A DNA stretch of 38,255 bases from Gammaproteobacteria bacterium (GTDB taxonomy: Bacteria > Pseudomonadota > Gammaproteobacteria > Xanthomonadales > Xanthomonadaceae). The stretch lies in NCBI GenBank assembly GCA_030431185.1, contig JAUIJO010000001.1:1-38255 (forward strand). The letters run 5' to 3'. Numbering within the stretch: position 1 is the stretch's first letter; every line of letters begins with the position of its first letter. The position numbers were made by a program, and so were the translations under genes. Of this stretch, positions 1-9,092 are shown one piece after another. The notes under the pieces are model-generated. The model had not been told where the DNA came from, made no database searches, and was given only the letters and a program-made list of their open reading frames with translations.

Positions 1-837
1 GGAGAACAGGTAGGGGCGTGAACGCTGGCGCAGCAGTTCGATCACTTCCCGCCGTGCGGTCGTGAAGCCACCGAGCGCACCGCCCATCGCCTTGCCGAGG
101 GTGCCGGTGATGATGTCGATGCGATCCAGCACGCCCTTCACTTCCGCCGAGCCCTTGCCGTTCGCCCCCAGGAAGCCGGTCGCGTGGCACTCGTCGATGT
201 GCACCAGCGCACCGTACTTGCGGGCCAGGTCGGTGATCCGGTCGAGCGGGGCGATGAAGCCGTCCATCGAGAACACGCCGTCGGTGGTGATCAGCTTGGT
301 CTTGCAACCGGCGGCGTCGGCGGCCTGCAACTGGGCCTCCAGGTCGGCCATGTCGCAGTTCGCGTAACGGAAGCGTTGCGCCTTGCACAGGCGCACGCCA
401 TCGATGATCGAGGCGTGGTTGAGCGCATCGGAGATGATCGCGTCGTCGGGGCCCAGCAAAGGCTCGAACAGGCCACCGTTGGCATCGAAGCAGGCGGCGT
501 AGAGGATGGTGTCCTCGGTGCCGAAGAAGTCGGCGATGGTCTGCTCGAGCTGTTTGTGGAGGTCCTGGGTGCCGCAGATGAAACGCACCGAGGCCATGCC
601 GAAGCCATGGCTGTCGAGCGCGTCCTTGGCCGCGGCGATCACGTCGGGATGGTCGGCGAGGCCCAGGTAGTTGTTGGCGCAGAAGTTCAGCACCGTCCGG
701 CCATCGGCGAGGGTGATCTCGGCGGACTGCGGGCTGGTGATGACGCGTTCGGCCTTGAACAGGCCCTGCTCGCGGATCGAGTCGAGCTCGGCGGCATAGT
801 GGGCGGTCAGCGAGGCGGGGGCGGTGTCGTTGGGCAT
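1..837 (-). CDS. kbl: 2-amino-3-ketobutyrate CoA ligase (glycine C-acetyltransferase), 3' end runs off the window
   Basis: Manual translation from ATG at 837 gives [39 protein letters not shown]...[16 protein letters not shown]...[21 protein letters not shown]...NHASIIDG...VDECHATG...[10 protein letters not shown]. These are class II PLP aminotransferase/Kbl motifs, and tdh lies nearby. Confidence 0.96.
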   Translation of the reverse strand, partial: MPNDTAPASLTAHYAAELDSIREQGLFKAERVITSPQSAEITLADGRTVLNFCANNYLGLADHPDVIAAAKDALDSHGFGMASVRFICGTQDLHKQLEQTIADFFGTEDTILYAACFDANGGLFEPLLGPDDAIISDALNHASIIDGVRLCKAQRFRYANCDMADLEAQLQAADAAGCKTKLITTDGVFSMDGFIAPLDRITDLARKYGALVHIDECHATGFLGANGKGSAEVKGVLDRIDIITGTLGKAMGGALGGFTTARREVIELLRQRSRPYLFS

Positions 838-891
838 GGCGGTCTCCGGCGCGCACGGCGTGCCGCGCGTGGGTGTTCACTGGGAACGCCC

Positions 892-897
892 ATTCTA
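892..897 (-). promoter_or_regulatory. putative sigma70 -10 element (TAGAAT) for kbl
   Basis: TAGAAT on the minus strand about 55 nt upstream of the kbl ATG, in otherwise GC-rich DNA. Confidence 0.5.
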
Positions 898-954
898 TCG
901 GCTGGCGGCGCATGGCGCGGCCTTCGCGTCCCGCGCTTGGGCTAGCATCGACGG

Positions 955-1641
955 ATGCACCGCGCTGCCGACCCGCGTCGTACGGTGGCGCCACCGCCCT
1001 GGTGGCTGCCCTTGCTGTGTGCGTTGCTGCCCGTCCTGGCCGGCCACCTCGCCCTGTACCTGTCGGTGCGCGATGGGTGGATCCCCGGCTGCTCGCCGTA
1101 TGTCGAAGGATGCGTGTCGATCAGTCGTGCGGCGCGGCACGGTTGGGGCAACGCGGTGTTCAAGGCGCTGATGTGGCCCGCTGTGGTCCTGCAGGCGGCG
1201 TTCTGGTGGCGCACGCGCGGCTGGCTGCGCGACCGCACCGGCGACGACGCGCGGTTCGTGGGCGGCTGCGGCCTGGTCGCCGGCGTGTTCCTGGCGCTCT
1301 ACGTCGCCTTCCTGGGCAGCGAAGGCGAGGCGTACCAGTGGCTGCGCCGCTACGGCATCACCGTGTACTTCGGCGGGACCTTCCTGGCGCTCATGGCCGT
1401 ATTGCGGCGGATGGCGCGCGCCTGGCGCGACGCGGCGGCGTTCCCGGCGTTGCGCCTGGTCGCGGCGGGCATGCTGGCACTGGGTGTCGCAAGCGTGGTG
1501 GTCTCGGCGACGGTGGCCGAGCCCCTCGCACGCGACCATTGGGAGAACCGGCTGGAGTGGCAGCTCGGCCTGTGGCTCACCGCGATGTTCCTGGTGTTCG
1601 CGGTGGCCTGGTGGCGCGAGCGCGAGGCCCGCCCCGAGTAA
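955..1641 (+). CDS. integral membrane protein (about 6 TM), function unknown
   Basis: 228-aa ORF with several hydrophobic helices and a CSPYVEGCVSISRAAR Cys-pair loop. It fills the gap between kbl and tdh, and TAGCAT sits 6 nt before the ATG. Confidence 0.8.
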   Translation: MHRAADPRRTVAPPPWWLPLLCALLPVLAGHLALYLSVRDGWIPGCSPYVEGCVSISRAARHGWGNAVFKALMWPAVVLQAAFWWRTRGWLRDRTGDDARFVGGCGLVAGVFLALYVAFLGSEGEAYQWLRRYGITVYFGGTFLALMAVLRRMARAWRDAAAFPALRLVAAGMLALGVASVVVSATVAEPLARDHWENRLEWQLGLWLTAMFLVFAVAWWREREARPE

Positions 1642-1717
1642 AGGAACCGAGCGTCCCCCGACCCGTAACCCGGGGCCGGGGCGGCGGCGTCCGCGGAGGA
1701 CCGCGATCAGGCCGAGA

Positions 1718-2752
1718 TCAGTTCCAGCTCAGCACGACCTTGCCGGACTTGCCCGATTCCATCAGGTCGAAGCCCTCCTGGAAATCGTCGATGGGCAACT
1801 GGTGCGTGAGCACCTTGCCGAGCGGGAAGCCCCCCAGCACCAGCTGGGTCATCTTGTACCAGGTCTCGTACATCTTCCGGCCGTAGATGCCGTGCAGGGT
1901 GAGCCCCTTGAAGATGATCTTGTCCCAGTCGACACCGGCGCCCTTGGGCATGATGCCCAGCATCGCGATCCTGCCGCCGTGGTACATGCAGTCGAGCATG
2001 TCGCCGAAGGCGCGCGGGTTCCCGCTCATCTCCAGGCCGACGTCGAAGCCTTCCATGTGCAGGTCGGCCATCACGTCCTTGAGTGACGTGTTGGCGACGT
2101 TGACCACCCGGGTCGCGCCCATGTCGGCGGCGAGCTTGAGGCGGTAGTCGTTGATGTCGGTCACGACCACGTTGCGGGCGCCGATGTGCTTGCAGATGCC
2201 CGCGGCGATCACGCCGATGGGGCCGGCGCCGGTGATCAGGACGTCCTCGCCGACGACGTCGAACTCCAGCGCGCAGTGCGCGGCGTTGCCATAGGGGTCG
2301 AAGAAGGCCGCCAGTTCGCTCGGGATCTGGTCGGGGATCGGCCACAGGTTGCTGGCGGGCATCACCATGTACTCGGCGAACGCGCCGTCGCGGTTGACGC
2401 CGATACCCACGGTGTTGGGGCACAGGTGCTGGCGGCCGGCGCGGCAGTTGCGGCAGTGGCCGCATACGATGTGGCCTTCGGCCGACACGCGCTGGCCGAC
2501 CCGGTAGCCGGTGACGGCGGCGCCGATTTCCACGATGCGCCCGACGAATTCATGGCCGATCACCAGGCCCGGCTCGATCGTGCGCTGGCTCCACTCGTCC
2601 CACAGGTAGATATGCAGGTCGGTGCCGCAGATCGCGGTCTTCTCGAGCTTGATCAGCACGTCGTTGGGGCCTGGCACCGGCACCGGGACGTCTTCCATCC
2701 AGATGCCCTTGCCGGCTTCGCGCTTGACCAGGGCTTTCATCATCTGACTCAT
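1718..2752 (-). CDS. tdh: L-threonine 3-dehydrogenase
   Basis: MKALVK start region, [15 protein letters not shown], structural Zn cysteines [21 protein letters not shown] Rossmann motif and C-terminal SGKVVLSW. Start trimmed to MSQMMK (2752) because TATAAT lies at 2796-2801. Confidence 0.97.
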   Translation of the reverse strand: MSQMMKALVKREAGKGIWMEDVPVPVPGPNDVLIKLEKTAICGTDLHIYLWDEWSQRTIEPGLVIGHEFVGRIVEIGAAVTGYRVGQRVSAEGHIVCGHCRNCRAGRQHLCPNTVGIGVNRDGAFAEYMVMPASNLWPIPDQIPSELAAFFDPYGNAAHCALEFDVVGEDVLITGAGPIGVIAAGICKHIGARNVVVTDINDYRLKLAADMGATRVVNVANTSLKDVMADLHMEGFDVGLEMSGNPRAFGDMLDCMYHGGRIAMLGIMPKGAGVDWDKIIFKGLTLHGIYGRKMYETWYKMTQLVLGGFPLGKVLTHQLPIDDFQEGFDLMESGKSGKVVLSWN

Positions 2753-2795
2753 CGACACCAGCCGCTCGCGGCGGCCCTTTGAAGGACGGTCTCCC

Positions 2796-2801
2796 ATTAT
2801 A
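2796..2801 (-). promoter_or_regulatory. putative sigma70 -10 element (TATAAT) for tdh
   Basis: Perfect TATAAT on the minus strand 44 nt upstream of the tdh start. Confidence 0.55.
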
Positions 2802-2834
2802 TCGGTTGGGATGCAGCGGGGCCCCGGGGCGGGA

Positions 2835-5690
2835 TCAGGGCATATCGGTGCCCTTCAGGCTGTGGGCGGCGGGCGGCATCATCCAGTCGGCGGACACGCC
2901 ACGCAGGCCGGTACGGGCGACCAGCGACATGCGCGCAGTCCGCGCGGACGTGGCGTCGCCTTCGTCCGGGAGCGCACCCAGCGCGCGCAACTGGACCAGT
3001 ACGTCCTGGCGCGTCTCGGCCTGGCTCGCCAGCGTGCGCAGCAGCGTGTTCGCGCCCTGGCCGTCGCCGGCCAGGCGGGCCAGCCCGGCTTCCACCAGGT
3101 CGATCCTCTGGTCGACCAGCCAGACGGGTTCGGGCAGGCTGGCGCGCGCGGCGCGGGCGAGGCGGCGCGCATCGTCGGCGTCGCCACGCGCCAGGGCCAG
3201 CTCGGCCAGCCCGGCCTGCGCCATCGCCGCCAACATGCCGTAGCCGGCCCGCTGCACCTCCGGCAGTACCTCCCGGTTGAGGCGCTCGGCCAGGTCGCGC
3301 TCGCCGGCGGCGGCCAGGAGGGGCGCGATCTCCAGCTTGAGGATCCAGCGGCCGGGCGCGGTGTCCAGCTCCGGGAGCTTGTCCAGGGCGCGATGCAGGC
3401 CGGCCAGCGCCGCCTGCGGATCACCGGTGTCCAGGTCGATCTCGGCAAGGCCGATGATGGCCACCAGCGCCAGGGCGGGGTCGGTGTCGGGGCAGCGGGC
3501 ATAGCTCGCCCGCGCCGCGGTCGGGTCGCCCATCGTGGTCTGGATCTGCCCGCTGGCGCAGGCGTAGCGATCCTTGACCGACTGCGACGGAGCGGGGAGG
3601 CCGGGATCGTCGAGCCGGGTACGACCGCGCTCGGCGGCCGCCAGCGCACGGGCATTGTGCCCCCGCATCTGGTCGATGAAGACTTCGAACAGGCGCGCCC
3701 AGGTGACCAGCTCGCCCTGCTGGTCTTCGTCGACCATGCGGGCGATCCGCTCGCCCGCCGGGGTGAAGCGCCCCTGCAGGTATTCCTCGTTGAGCAGGTC
3801 GCGTTCGATCGCCGCGGTGCTCCACGGGTCGTCCATCGATTCGGCCACGGCCATGGCCTGCATCAGCCGCTTTCGATAGCGCTCGATGTCGCCGGCGCGA
3901 TACTGCTGGAAGGCCGCGGCGCGCAACGCGCTCAACTCGAGTTGCAACTGGCCGGCGGCGCGCGCCTGCGCCAGCCATTCGTCCAGGTAGCGGTACTGCG
4001 CCTTCGGCGGCCCGAGCACCTCGCCCAGGAAGCGTGCCCGCAACGCGGAGAACGCGTCGCCGGCCTGTTCGAACTGGCGCGCGGCCGCCTCGAACGCGGC
4101 GCGGGTGTCGCGGTCGGGTTCGGTGTCGACCTGGAGTTGCGCGAGAAGCATCAGCGTGTGCCCGCGGTCGTAGGCCCATTCCTCCCCCGCGGCGGCGGCC
4201 AGCGCGTCCGCCTTGCGTGCGCTCTCCAGCGCGGCCTCGAAGTCGCCCAGCGGGGCCTGGAAGATCGCCCGGTTGAACCACTTCTGCACCTCCATCGACG
4301 CCGGCAGCGGCCGGTCCCAGATCGGCCGTTCCATGATCGCCAGCGCATCGGCGAAGCGTCCGGCGCGGCCCAGCGCGCGGGCCTGCTGCTGCGCGAACCC
4401 GGTCTGGTCGGGATAGCGTTCCGCAAGCCGGCCGTACGCGTCCGCGGCGGCGACATGATCGCTCGAGAGCGCCAGCCGTTGGGCCTGCAGCAGCGAGTCG
4501 GCCTCGCTGGACATGGGTTGCAGCAGGCGGCGTGCGGTCTCCAGGTGCTCGCGGGCTTCCGGCAAGCGGCCCAGGGTGGCCTGGGCGCGCGCGAGGTGCA
4601 GGTGGCCCAGGGCGAAACCGGGTGCCTCGCGGACCAGCGCCGCGCCGGCCTCCACGGCGTCGTTCCAGTGGTGGGCACGTCGCGCGCGCTCCAGGGCGAG
4701 GAAGCCCATCGCGGCCTCGGGCGTCGCCTGGAGCGTGGGCCAGGGCTGTGCGGGACGGGACGGATACAGGACCTCGAGGACGTTGTCCGACAGCCGGTCC
4801 ACCAGCGCCGCCATGTCCCGGGCATCGCCTTCCTGCTGCAGCCTCTGGACCTTGCCGTCCTTTTCGAACCGGGCGCGCACGAGGCGTCGCGCCGGGTCCC
4901 GCGGGGCCGGGCCCGAAAACAACAGCACAACGGTGTTGTGGGCTTGCGCGGTGGGGTCGGCGGCCAGGTGGGCCGGGCTCAGTACCGTGACGTCGGGCAG
5001 GGAGGAGAGCTTCCAGCCCAGCCACGCGTCGAGAAGCTCGAGCGTGGCGGCGTCGGCGGCGTCCCGCCCCGGGTCTTCGACCCGGATCAGCGTGACCGAC
5101 GCGGGCACGCCGGCCGTGGCGCCACCCGGACCCGGGCGCGTGGAGATCCACCACGCCAGGCCGGCGAGGAGGAGCAGGGCGGTGGCCACCAGTGCCAGGC
5201 GCACGGCGACGCGCTTCCGGGCCGGCGCGATGGGCCTGGCCTCGATGGAGGGGGCCGCGTCCGCGGCAGGCTCGCGGGCGCCTGCCCCCGCCCCGGCCGG
5301 GCGGTCCGCCGCGTCGGGGACCGCAAGGGTCTGGACGGCCTCGATGGGATGGGGCGGTTCGAACACGTAGCCCTGCTTTGAGCGCGTCCGGATCCACGCC
5401 TTGTGCTCTTCACCCAGCGCCTTGCGCAGCACGCTGATGCTCTGCGACAGGTTGGCGTCCTCGACGATGACCCCCGCCCAGACGCGGCGGAGCAGGGCTT
5501 CGCGCGTGTGGAGCTGGTGCGGCTCGGCCGCGAGCAGCATCAATACGTCGAACACGCGCTGCGGCAATTCGGTCTCGCCCCGCGCATGCGCGACGCGACG
5601 CAATGCCAGGTCCACCACGACGTCGCCGATGCGCAGGAAACGGATGCGCGGTGGCCACGACGGCAGGCTGGTCTCAGGAACTTCCGGCAT
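2835..5690 (-). CDS. ToxR/CadC-like transmembrane transcriptional regulator: N-terminal OmpR/PhoB-type winged helix, one TM, large periplasmic TPR-like domain
   Basis: N-terminus [65 protein letters not shown] is typical Trans_reg_C. A TM helix ([18 protein letters not shown]) is followed by ~750 aa of Ala/Leu-rich helical repeats. Start at M33 of the listed ORF, preceded by GGGGG. Confidence 0.85.
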   Translation of the reverse strand: MPEVPETSLPSWPPRIRFLRIGDVVVDLALRRVAHARGETELPQRVFDVLMLLAAEPHQLHTREALLRRVWAGVIVEDANLSQSISVLRKALGEEHKAWIRTRSKQGYVFEPPHPIEAVQTLAVPDAADRPAGAGAGAREPAADAAPSIEARPIAPARKRVAVRLALVATALLLLAGLAWWISTRPGPGGATAGVPASVTLIRVEDPGRDAADAATLELLDAWLGWKLSSLPDVTVLSPAHLAADPTAQAHNTVVLLFSGPAPRDPARRLVRARFEKDGKVQRLQQEGDARDMAALVDRLSDNVLEVLYPSRPAQPWPTLQATPEAAMGFLALERARRAHHWNDAVEAGAALVREAPGFALGHLHLARAQATLGRLPEAREHLETARRLLQPMSSEADSLLQAQRLALSSDHVAAADAYGRLAERYPDQTGFAQQQARALGRAGRFADALAIMERPIWDRPLPASMEVQKWFNRAIFQAPLGDFEAALESARKADALAAAAGEEWAYDRGHTLMLLAQLQVDTEPDRDTRAAFEAAARQFEQAGDAFSALRARFLGEVLGPPKAQYRYLDEWLAQARAAGQLQLELSALRAAAFQQYRAGDIERYRKRLMQAMAVAESMDDPWSTAAIERDLLNEEYLQGRFTPAGERIARMVDEDQQGELVTWARLFEVFIDQMRGHNARALAAAERGRTRLDDPGLPAPSQSVKDRYACASGQIQTTMGDPTAARASYARCPDTDPALALVAIIGLAEIDLDTGDPQAALAGLHRALDKLPELDTAPGRWILKLEIAPLLAAAGERDLAERLNREVLPEVQRAGYGMLAAMAQAGLAELALARGDADDARRLARAARASLPEPVWLVDQRIDLVEAGLARLAGDGQGANTLLRTLASQAETRQDVLVQLRALGALPDEGDATSARTARMSLVARTGLRGVSADWMMPPAAHSLKGTDMP

Positions 5691-5927
5691 CGAACCCCCA
5701 CTGCGTGTCAGGACAGCTGTCTCCGGCGACCGTTCCAGGCGAACCGGACCGGTGCGCATGGCGGCGCAGGCGCGGGAGCCCGGCACCGACGCGTTCCCTG
5801 ACAGTCATGGGCCCCCTTGCCCGAGCCATGACTGTGCCACCCCCCGGCGGCCCCGGCCAGTGGTGGACGCGGGCGTGGAGGTCCCGGAAGGGGGGCGATC
5901 GGCGTTCATCGCCGTGGTGGGCTTGGA

Positions 5928-5940
5928 TATCAATGCCTTG
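5928..5940 (+). promoter_or_regulatory. putative IHF binding site
   Basis: TATCAATGCCTTG matches the IHF consensus WATCAANNNNTTR exactly. Confidence 0.5.
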
Positions 5941-5952
5941 CGGTGGGGGCGC

Positions 5953-5977
5953 TTTAGAAAAATTGAGTTCTTTTTAG
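5953..5977. promoter_or_regulatory. three direct repeats phased at 10 bp (TTTAG/TTGAG/TTTAG), putative winged-helix operator
   Basis: TTTAG at 5953, TTGAG at 5963 and TTTAG at 5973, in an AT-rich patch upstream of the wHTH regulator. Confidence 0.5.
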
Positions 5978-6192
5978 CGCCGGAACGAGGCTTTGTCGTC
6001 GTCGATCGGCCCTTAATCGGCCCGGGCCTGGAGCAGGCGACCGCCGGAAGCGCGGGGCGCGTGACCGCCCGCGACGCCGGCCGGGTCGACGTCCCGCGAC
6101 GGGCCCGCCGGCGCTCCCATGGATGTTGCCGGCGTCGCTCCGGCCGCCGGATGCGGAGGGGCGACGCCTTCAATGCGTGTCTGCGGCATTGT

Positions 6193-6221
6193 TCCCCGGC
6201 CCTGGCGGCCGGGGATTTTTT
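6193..6221 (+). terminator. intrinsic terminator
   Basis: TCCCCGGCC-CTGGC-GGCCGGGGA 9-bp stem followed by TTTTTT. Confidence 0.75.
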
Positions 6222-6318
6222 CGCGGGCCCCACCCGGCACCGGGCCTGACTTTCGTCATGGCCGGCGTTCGGGCCCAGCCGGTACACTCCCGGGTCGAAC
6301 AGCAGAAGGAGTGTGGGC

Positions 6319-8481
6319 ATGCGTTATGGGGTATTGGCCGCGGCCATTGCATTGACTGGCCTGGCCGGAACCGCGATCGCGGGCGAGGGCATGTGGGTAC
6401 CGCAGCAACTGCCGGAGATCGCGAAGCCCCTTCGCAAGGCGGGCCTGAAGCTCAAGCCCGAGCAATTGGCCAACCTGACGGGCGACCCGATGGGGGCGGT
6501 GGTCTCGCTGGGGGGCTGCACGGCCAGTTTCGTGTCCCCGCAAGGGCTCGTCGTCACCAACCACCACTGTGCCTACGGGGCGATCCAGCTCAACTCCACC
6601 CCCGAGAAGAACCTGATGGACGAGGGCTTCAATGCCGCGTCCCCGGCCGCGGAAGTGTCCGCGGGACCCAACGCCCGCATCTATGCGCTGGATGGCATCG
6701 AAGACGTCACCGGACGCGTCAAGGCCGTCATCGACGCCGCGCCGGACGCACTCGGCCGCACCGAGGCCCTGGAGCGGATCGAGAAGCAGCTGGTCGCGCA
6801 GTGCGAGGCCGGCGACGGCTACCGCTGCCGCCTCTACAGCTTCTCGGGCGGCAACACGTACCGCCTGTTCCGGAACCTCGAGATCAAGGACGTGCGCCTG
6901 GTCTACGCGCCGCCCAGCAGCATCGGCAACTACGGCGGCGAGGTCGACAACTGGATGTGGCCGCGCCACACCGGCGACTTCTCCTTCTACCGCGCCTATG
7001 TCGGCAGGGACGGCAAGCCGGCCGCGTACGCCGAGGACAACGTGCCGTACCAGCCCAGGCACTGGCTGAAGATCGCCAGCCGCCCGCTGGAAGCGGACGA
7101 TTTCGTGATGGTCGCCGGCTACCCCGGGCGCACCGCGCGATATGCGCTGGCCGAGGAGTTCGACGAGACCGCCAACTGGGCGTACCCGACCGTCGGCGCG
7201 CACTACAAGCGCCTCGTCGCGATGGTCGAGGCGGCGGGCAGGCAGGATCCGGCGATCGCCGTGAAGTACGCGAGCACCATCCGCGGCTGGCAGAACGCGA
7301 TGAAGAACTACGACGGCCAGCTGGAAGGGTTCCGCCGCATCGACGCCGCCGCGACCAAGCACGCCGACGAGGCCGCGGTGCTGGCGTGGCTCCGCAAGCA
7401 GGGCGAGGCGGGCAAGGCGGCCCTGGACGCCCACGCGACGCTGGTGGCGCTGGACGAGCAGGCGCGCGCCCATCGCGACCGCGACCTCGTGCTGGGGCAA
7501 CTGCGTCGTACCGGGGTGATCGGGGCGGCCGTGCAGTTGTATCGCCTGTCGATCGAGGGCGCCAAGCCCGACGCCGAGCGCGAGCAGGGCTACCAGGAGC
7601 GCGACCTGCCGGGCTTCGAGGGCGGGATGCGGCAGATGGAACGCCGCTACGACCCGAAGATGGACCGCCAGCTGCAGGAGTACTGGTTGCGCGAGTACGT
7701 GAAGCTGCCCGCCGACCAGCACGTGGAGGCGCTCGACGCCTGGCTCGGAGGCAATGACTACGAGGCGATCGACAAGGCCCTGGACCGCCTGGCGAAGACC
7801 AACCTGGGCATCACCGAATACCGCCTGGGCCTGATGACGACGGATCGCGCGGACTTCGAGGCGAGCAAGGATCCGGCGATCAAGCTCGCGGTCGCGATCA
7901 TGCCGACCCTGCTGGCCCTGGAGAAGGAAGGCAAGGTGCGTGCCGGCGACGCCGTGCTGGCCCGCCCCGTCTACCTGCAGGCGGTCGCGGACTACAAGGA
8001 GAGCCAGGGCGAGTTCGTCTATCCGGATGCCAACTCCTCGCTGCGCATCACCTTCGGCCATGTCATGGGCTACACCAAGGTGGACGGCAGCAAGCAGGCG
8101 CCGTTCACCCGCCTGGAGGAAGTCGCCGCCAAGGCCACCGGCGAGGCGCCCTTCGACGCGCCCCGGGCCCTGCTCGACGCCATTGCGGCGAAGAACTACG
8201 GCGGACTGCAGGACAAGGAGCTGGGCACCGTGCCGGTCAACTTCCTGTCCGACCTGGACATCACCGGTGGCAATTCGGGTTCGCCGGTCATGGACGCGCG
8301 TGGCGAGCTGGTCGGCCTGGCGTTCGATGGCAACTGGGAGTCGGTGAGCAGCAACTGGGTGTTCGATCCCACCATGACCCGGATGATCGCGGTCGACCAG
8401 CGCTACATGCGCTGGATCATGCAGGAAGTCTTCCCCGCACCGCAGATCCTCGCCGAGCTCGGTGTGCCCGAAAAGGACTGA
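6319..8481 (+). CDS. S46 family dipeptidyl peptidase (DPP7/DAP BII-like), exported
   Basis: Signal peptide, then EGMW.P, GGCTASFVS..GLVVTNHHCA (catalytic His), DNWMWPRHTGDF and DITGGNSGSPV (catalytic Ser). SD AAGGAG precedes ATG 6319, and -10 TACACT lies at 6283-6288. Confidence 0.95.
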   Translation: MRYGVLAAAIALTGLAGTAIAGEGMWVPQQLPEIAKPLRKAGLKLKPEQLANLTGDPMGAVVSLGGCTASFVSPQGLVVTNHHCAYGAIQLNSTPEKNLMDEGFNAASPAAEVSAGPNARIYALDGIEDVTGRVKAVIDAAPDALGRTEALERIEKQLVAQCEAGDGYRCRLYSFSGGNTYRLFRNLEIKDVRLVYAPPSSIGNYGGEVDNWMWPRHTGDFSFYRAYVGRDGKPAAYAEDNVPYQPRHWLKIASRPLEADDFVMVAGYPGRTARYALAEEFDETANWAYPTVGAHYKRLVAMVEAAGRQDPAIAVKYASTIRGWQNAMKNYDGQLEGFRRIDAAATKHADEAAVLAWLRKQGEAGKAALDAHATLVALDEQARAHRDRDLVLGQLRRTGVIGAAVQLYRLSIEGAKPDAEREQGYQERDLPGFEGGMRQMERRYDPKMDRQLQEYWLREYVKLPADQHVEALDAWLGGNDYEAIDKALDRLAKTNLGITEYRLGLMTTDRADFEASKDPAIKLAVAIMPTLLALEKEGKVRAGDAVLARPVYLQAVADYKESQGEFVYPDANSSLRITFGHVMGYTKVDGSKQAPFTRLEEVAAKATGEAPFDAPRALLDAIAAKNYGGLQDKELGTVPVNFLSDLDITGGNSGSPVMDARGELVGLAFDGNWESVSSNWVFDPTMTRMIAVDQRYMRWIMQEVFPAPQILAELGVPEKD

Positions 8482-8506
8482 GTAAGCCGGTCAGGCGAGC
8501 CACGCG

Positions 8507-8529
8507 ACGGGCCGGCATTGCCGGCCCGT
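8507..8529. terminator. hairpin, probable terminator after the S46 peptidase
   Basis: ACGGGCCGGC-ATT-GCCGGCCCGT perfect 10-bp stem 25 nt after the stop; the U-tract is weak. Confidence 0.55.
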
Positions 8530-8633
8530 TCCGGTTGCGGGCGTCGTCCAGGCGGGCATCAGGCGACGCGCGGCGGAGTGGTCGCAGCGCGCGGGGACAG
8601 CGGGCCCGGAAGGCAGGGCCGGGATGGTCGCGT

Positions 8634-8798
8634 TCAGGAAAGGCGGAGGTGGAACCGGTCGGCGGCGCCGCTCAGCGCACGCCGGCACAGGCGCAGCATG
8701 GCCCGGGCCAGGCGCGCCGCACCGTAGCCGAGCAGCAGCAGGCCCGAGGCCAGGCACAGCAACACCGGGCTGTTCGACAGCATGGAGTCCAGGATCAT
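8634..8798 (-). CDS. small single-TM membrane protein (54 aa), hypothetical
   Basis: MILDSMLSNSPVLLCLASGLLLLGYGAARLARAMLRLCRR...: a hydrophobic helix followed by a basic tail. SD-like GAAGGA upstream; it fills an otherwise empty gap. Confidence 0.5.
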   Translation of the reverse strand: MILDSMLSNSPVLLCLASGLLLLGYGAARLARAMLRLCRRALSGAADRFHLRLS

Positions 8799-8894
8799 GG
8801 CCGCACGTCCTTCATGCACCGAGCTTACGCTTCCCGGCGCTGGCGCGCATCCCGGGGCAGGGTGAACGCGTGCCGGTGGTTTCCCCGGTAACCG

Positions 8895-8922
8895 TTGCGC
8901 GCCCCGGGAACTCTGCTAGTCT
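8895..8922 (+). promoter_or_regulatory. putative sigma70 promoter of serA operon
   Basis: TTGCGC-16 nt-TAGTCT with an extended -10 TG (TGCTAGTCT), implying a TSS near 8929. Confidence 0.5.
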
Positions 8923-8928
8923 TGCCGG

Positions 8929-9092
8929 CATCGCGGATTCCCATGCCAGCCGGCCCCGTCTCCCGATCAGTGGTAGTGACATCCGACCTGCAGCGTGTCG
9001 CGGGTCCACCCGCACCGACCGGTGCGGCGTCTCCATCCGAAGTGCCGGCTGCATGCGAACTCCGCGGGATTCCCTACCCACTGGAGCATGCA
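8929..9092 (+). promoter_or_regulatory. structured 5' leader of serA, candidate cis-regulatory RNA
   Basis: 8932-8954 pairs extensively with 9044-9066, with an internal hairpin at 9010-9027. Alternatively, 9050-9063 pairs with the SD region 9083-9092. Confidence 0.5.

Noticed and set aside
2811-5381. 856-aa + strand ORF and similar long ORFs (6256-8061, 11779-14343, 14695-16563, 21292-23979, 28588-30339, 32331-35984)
   Set aside because: They are antisense or alternate-frame shadows of well-supported genes. Stop-free antisense frames are expected at this GC content, and they contain no recognisable motifs.
8929-9092. serA leader as 6S RNA or a known glycine/SAM/ZTP riboswitch
   Set aside because: I could not find the hallmark conserved nucleotides of those families, and there is no terminator making it a free RNA. 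It is kept only as an unclassified candidate.
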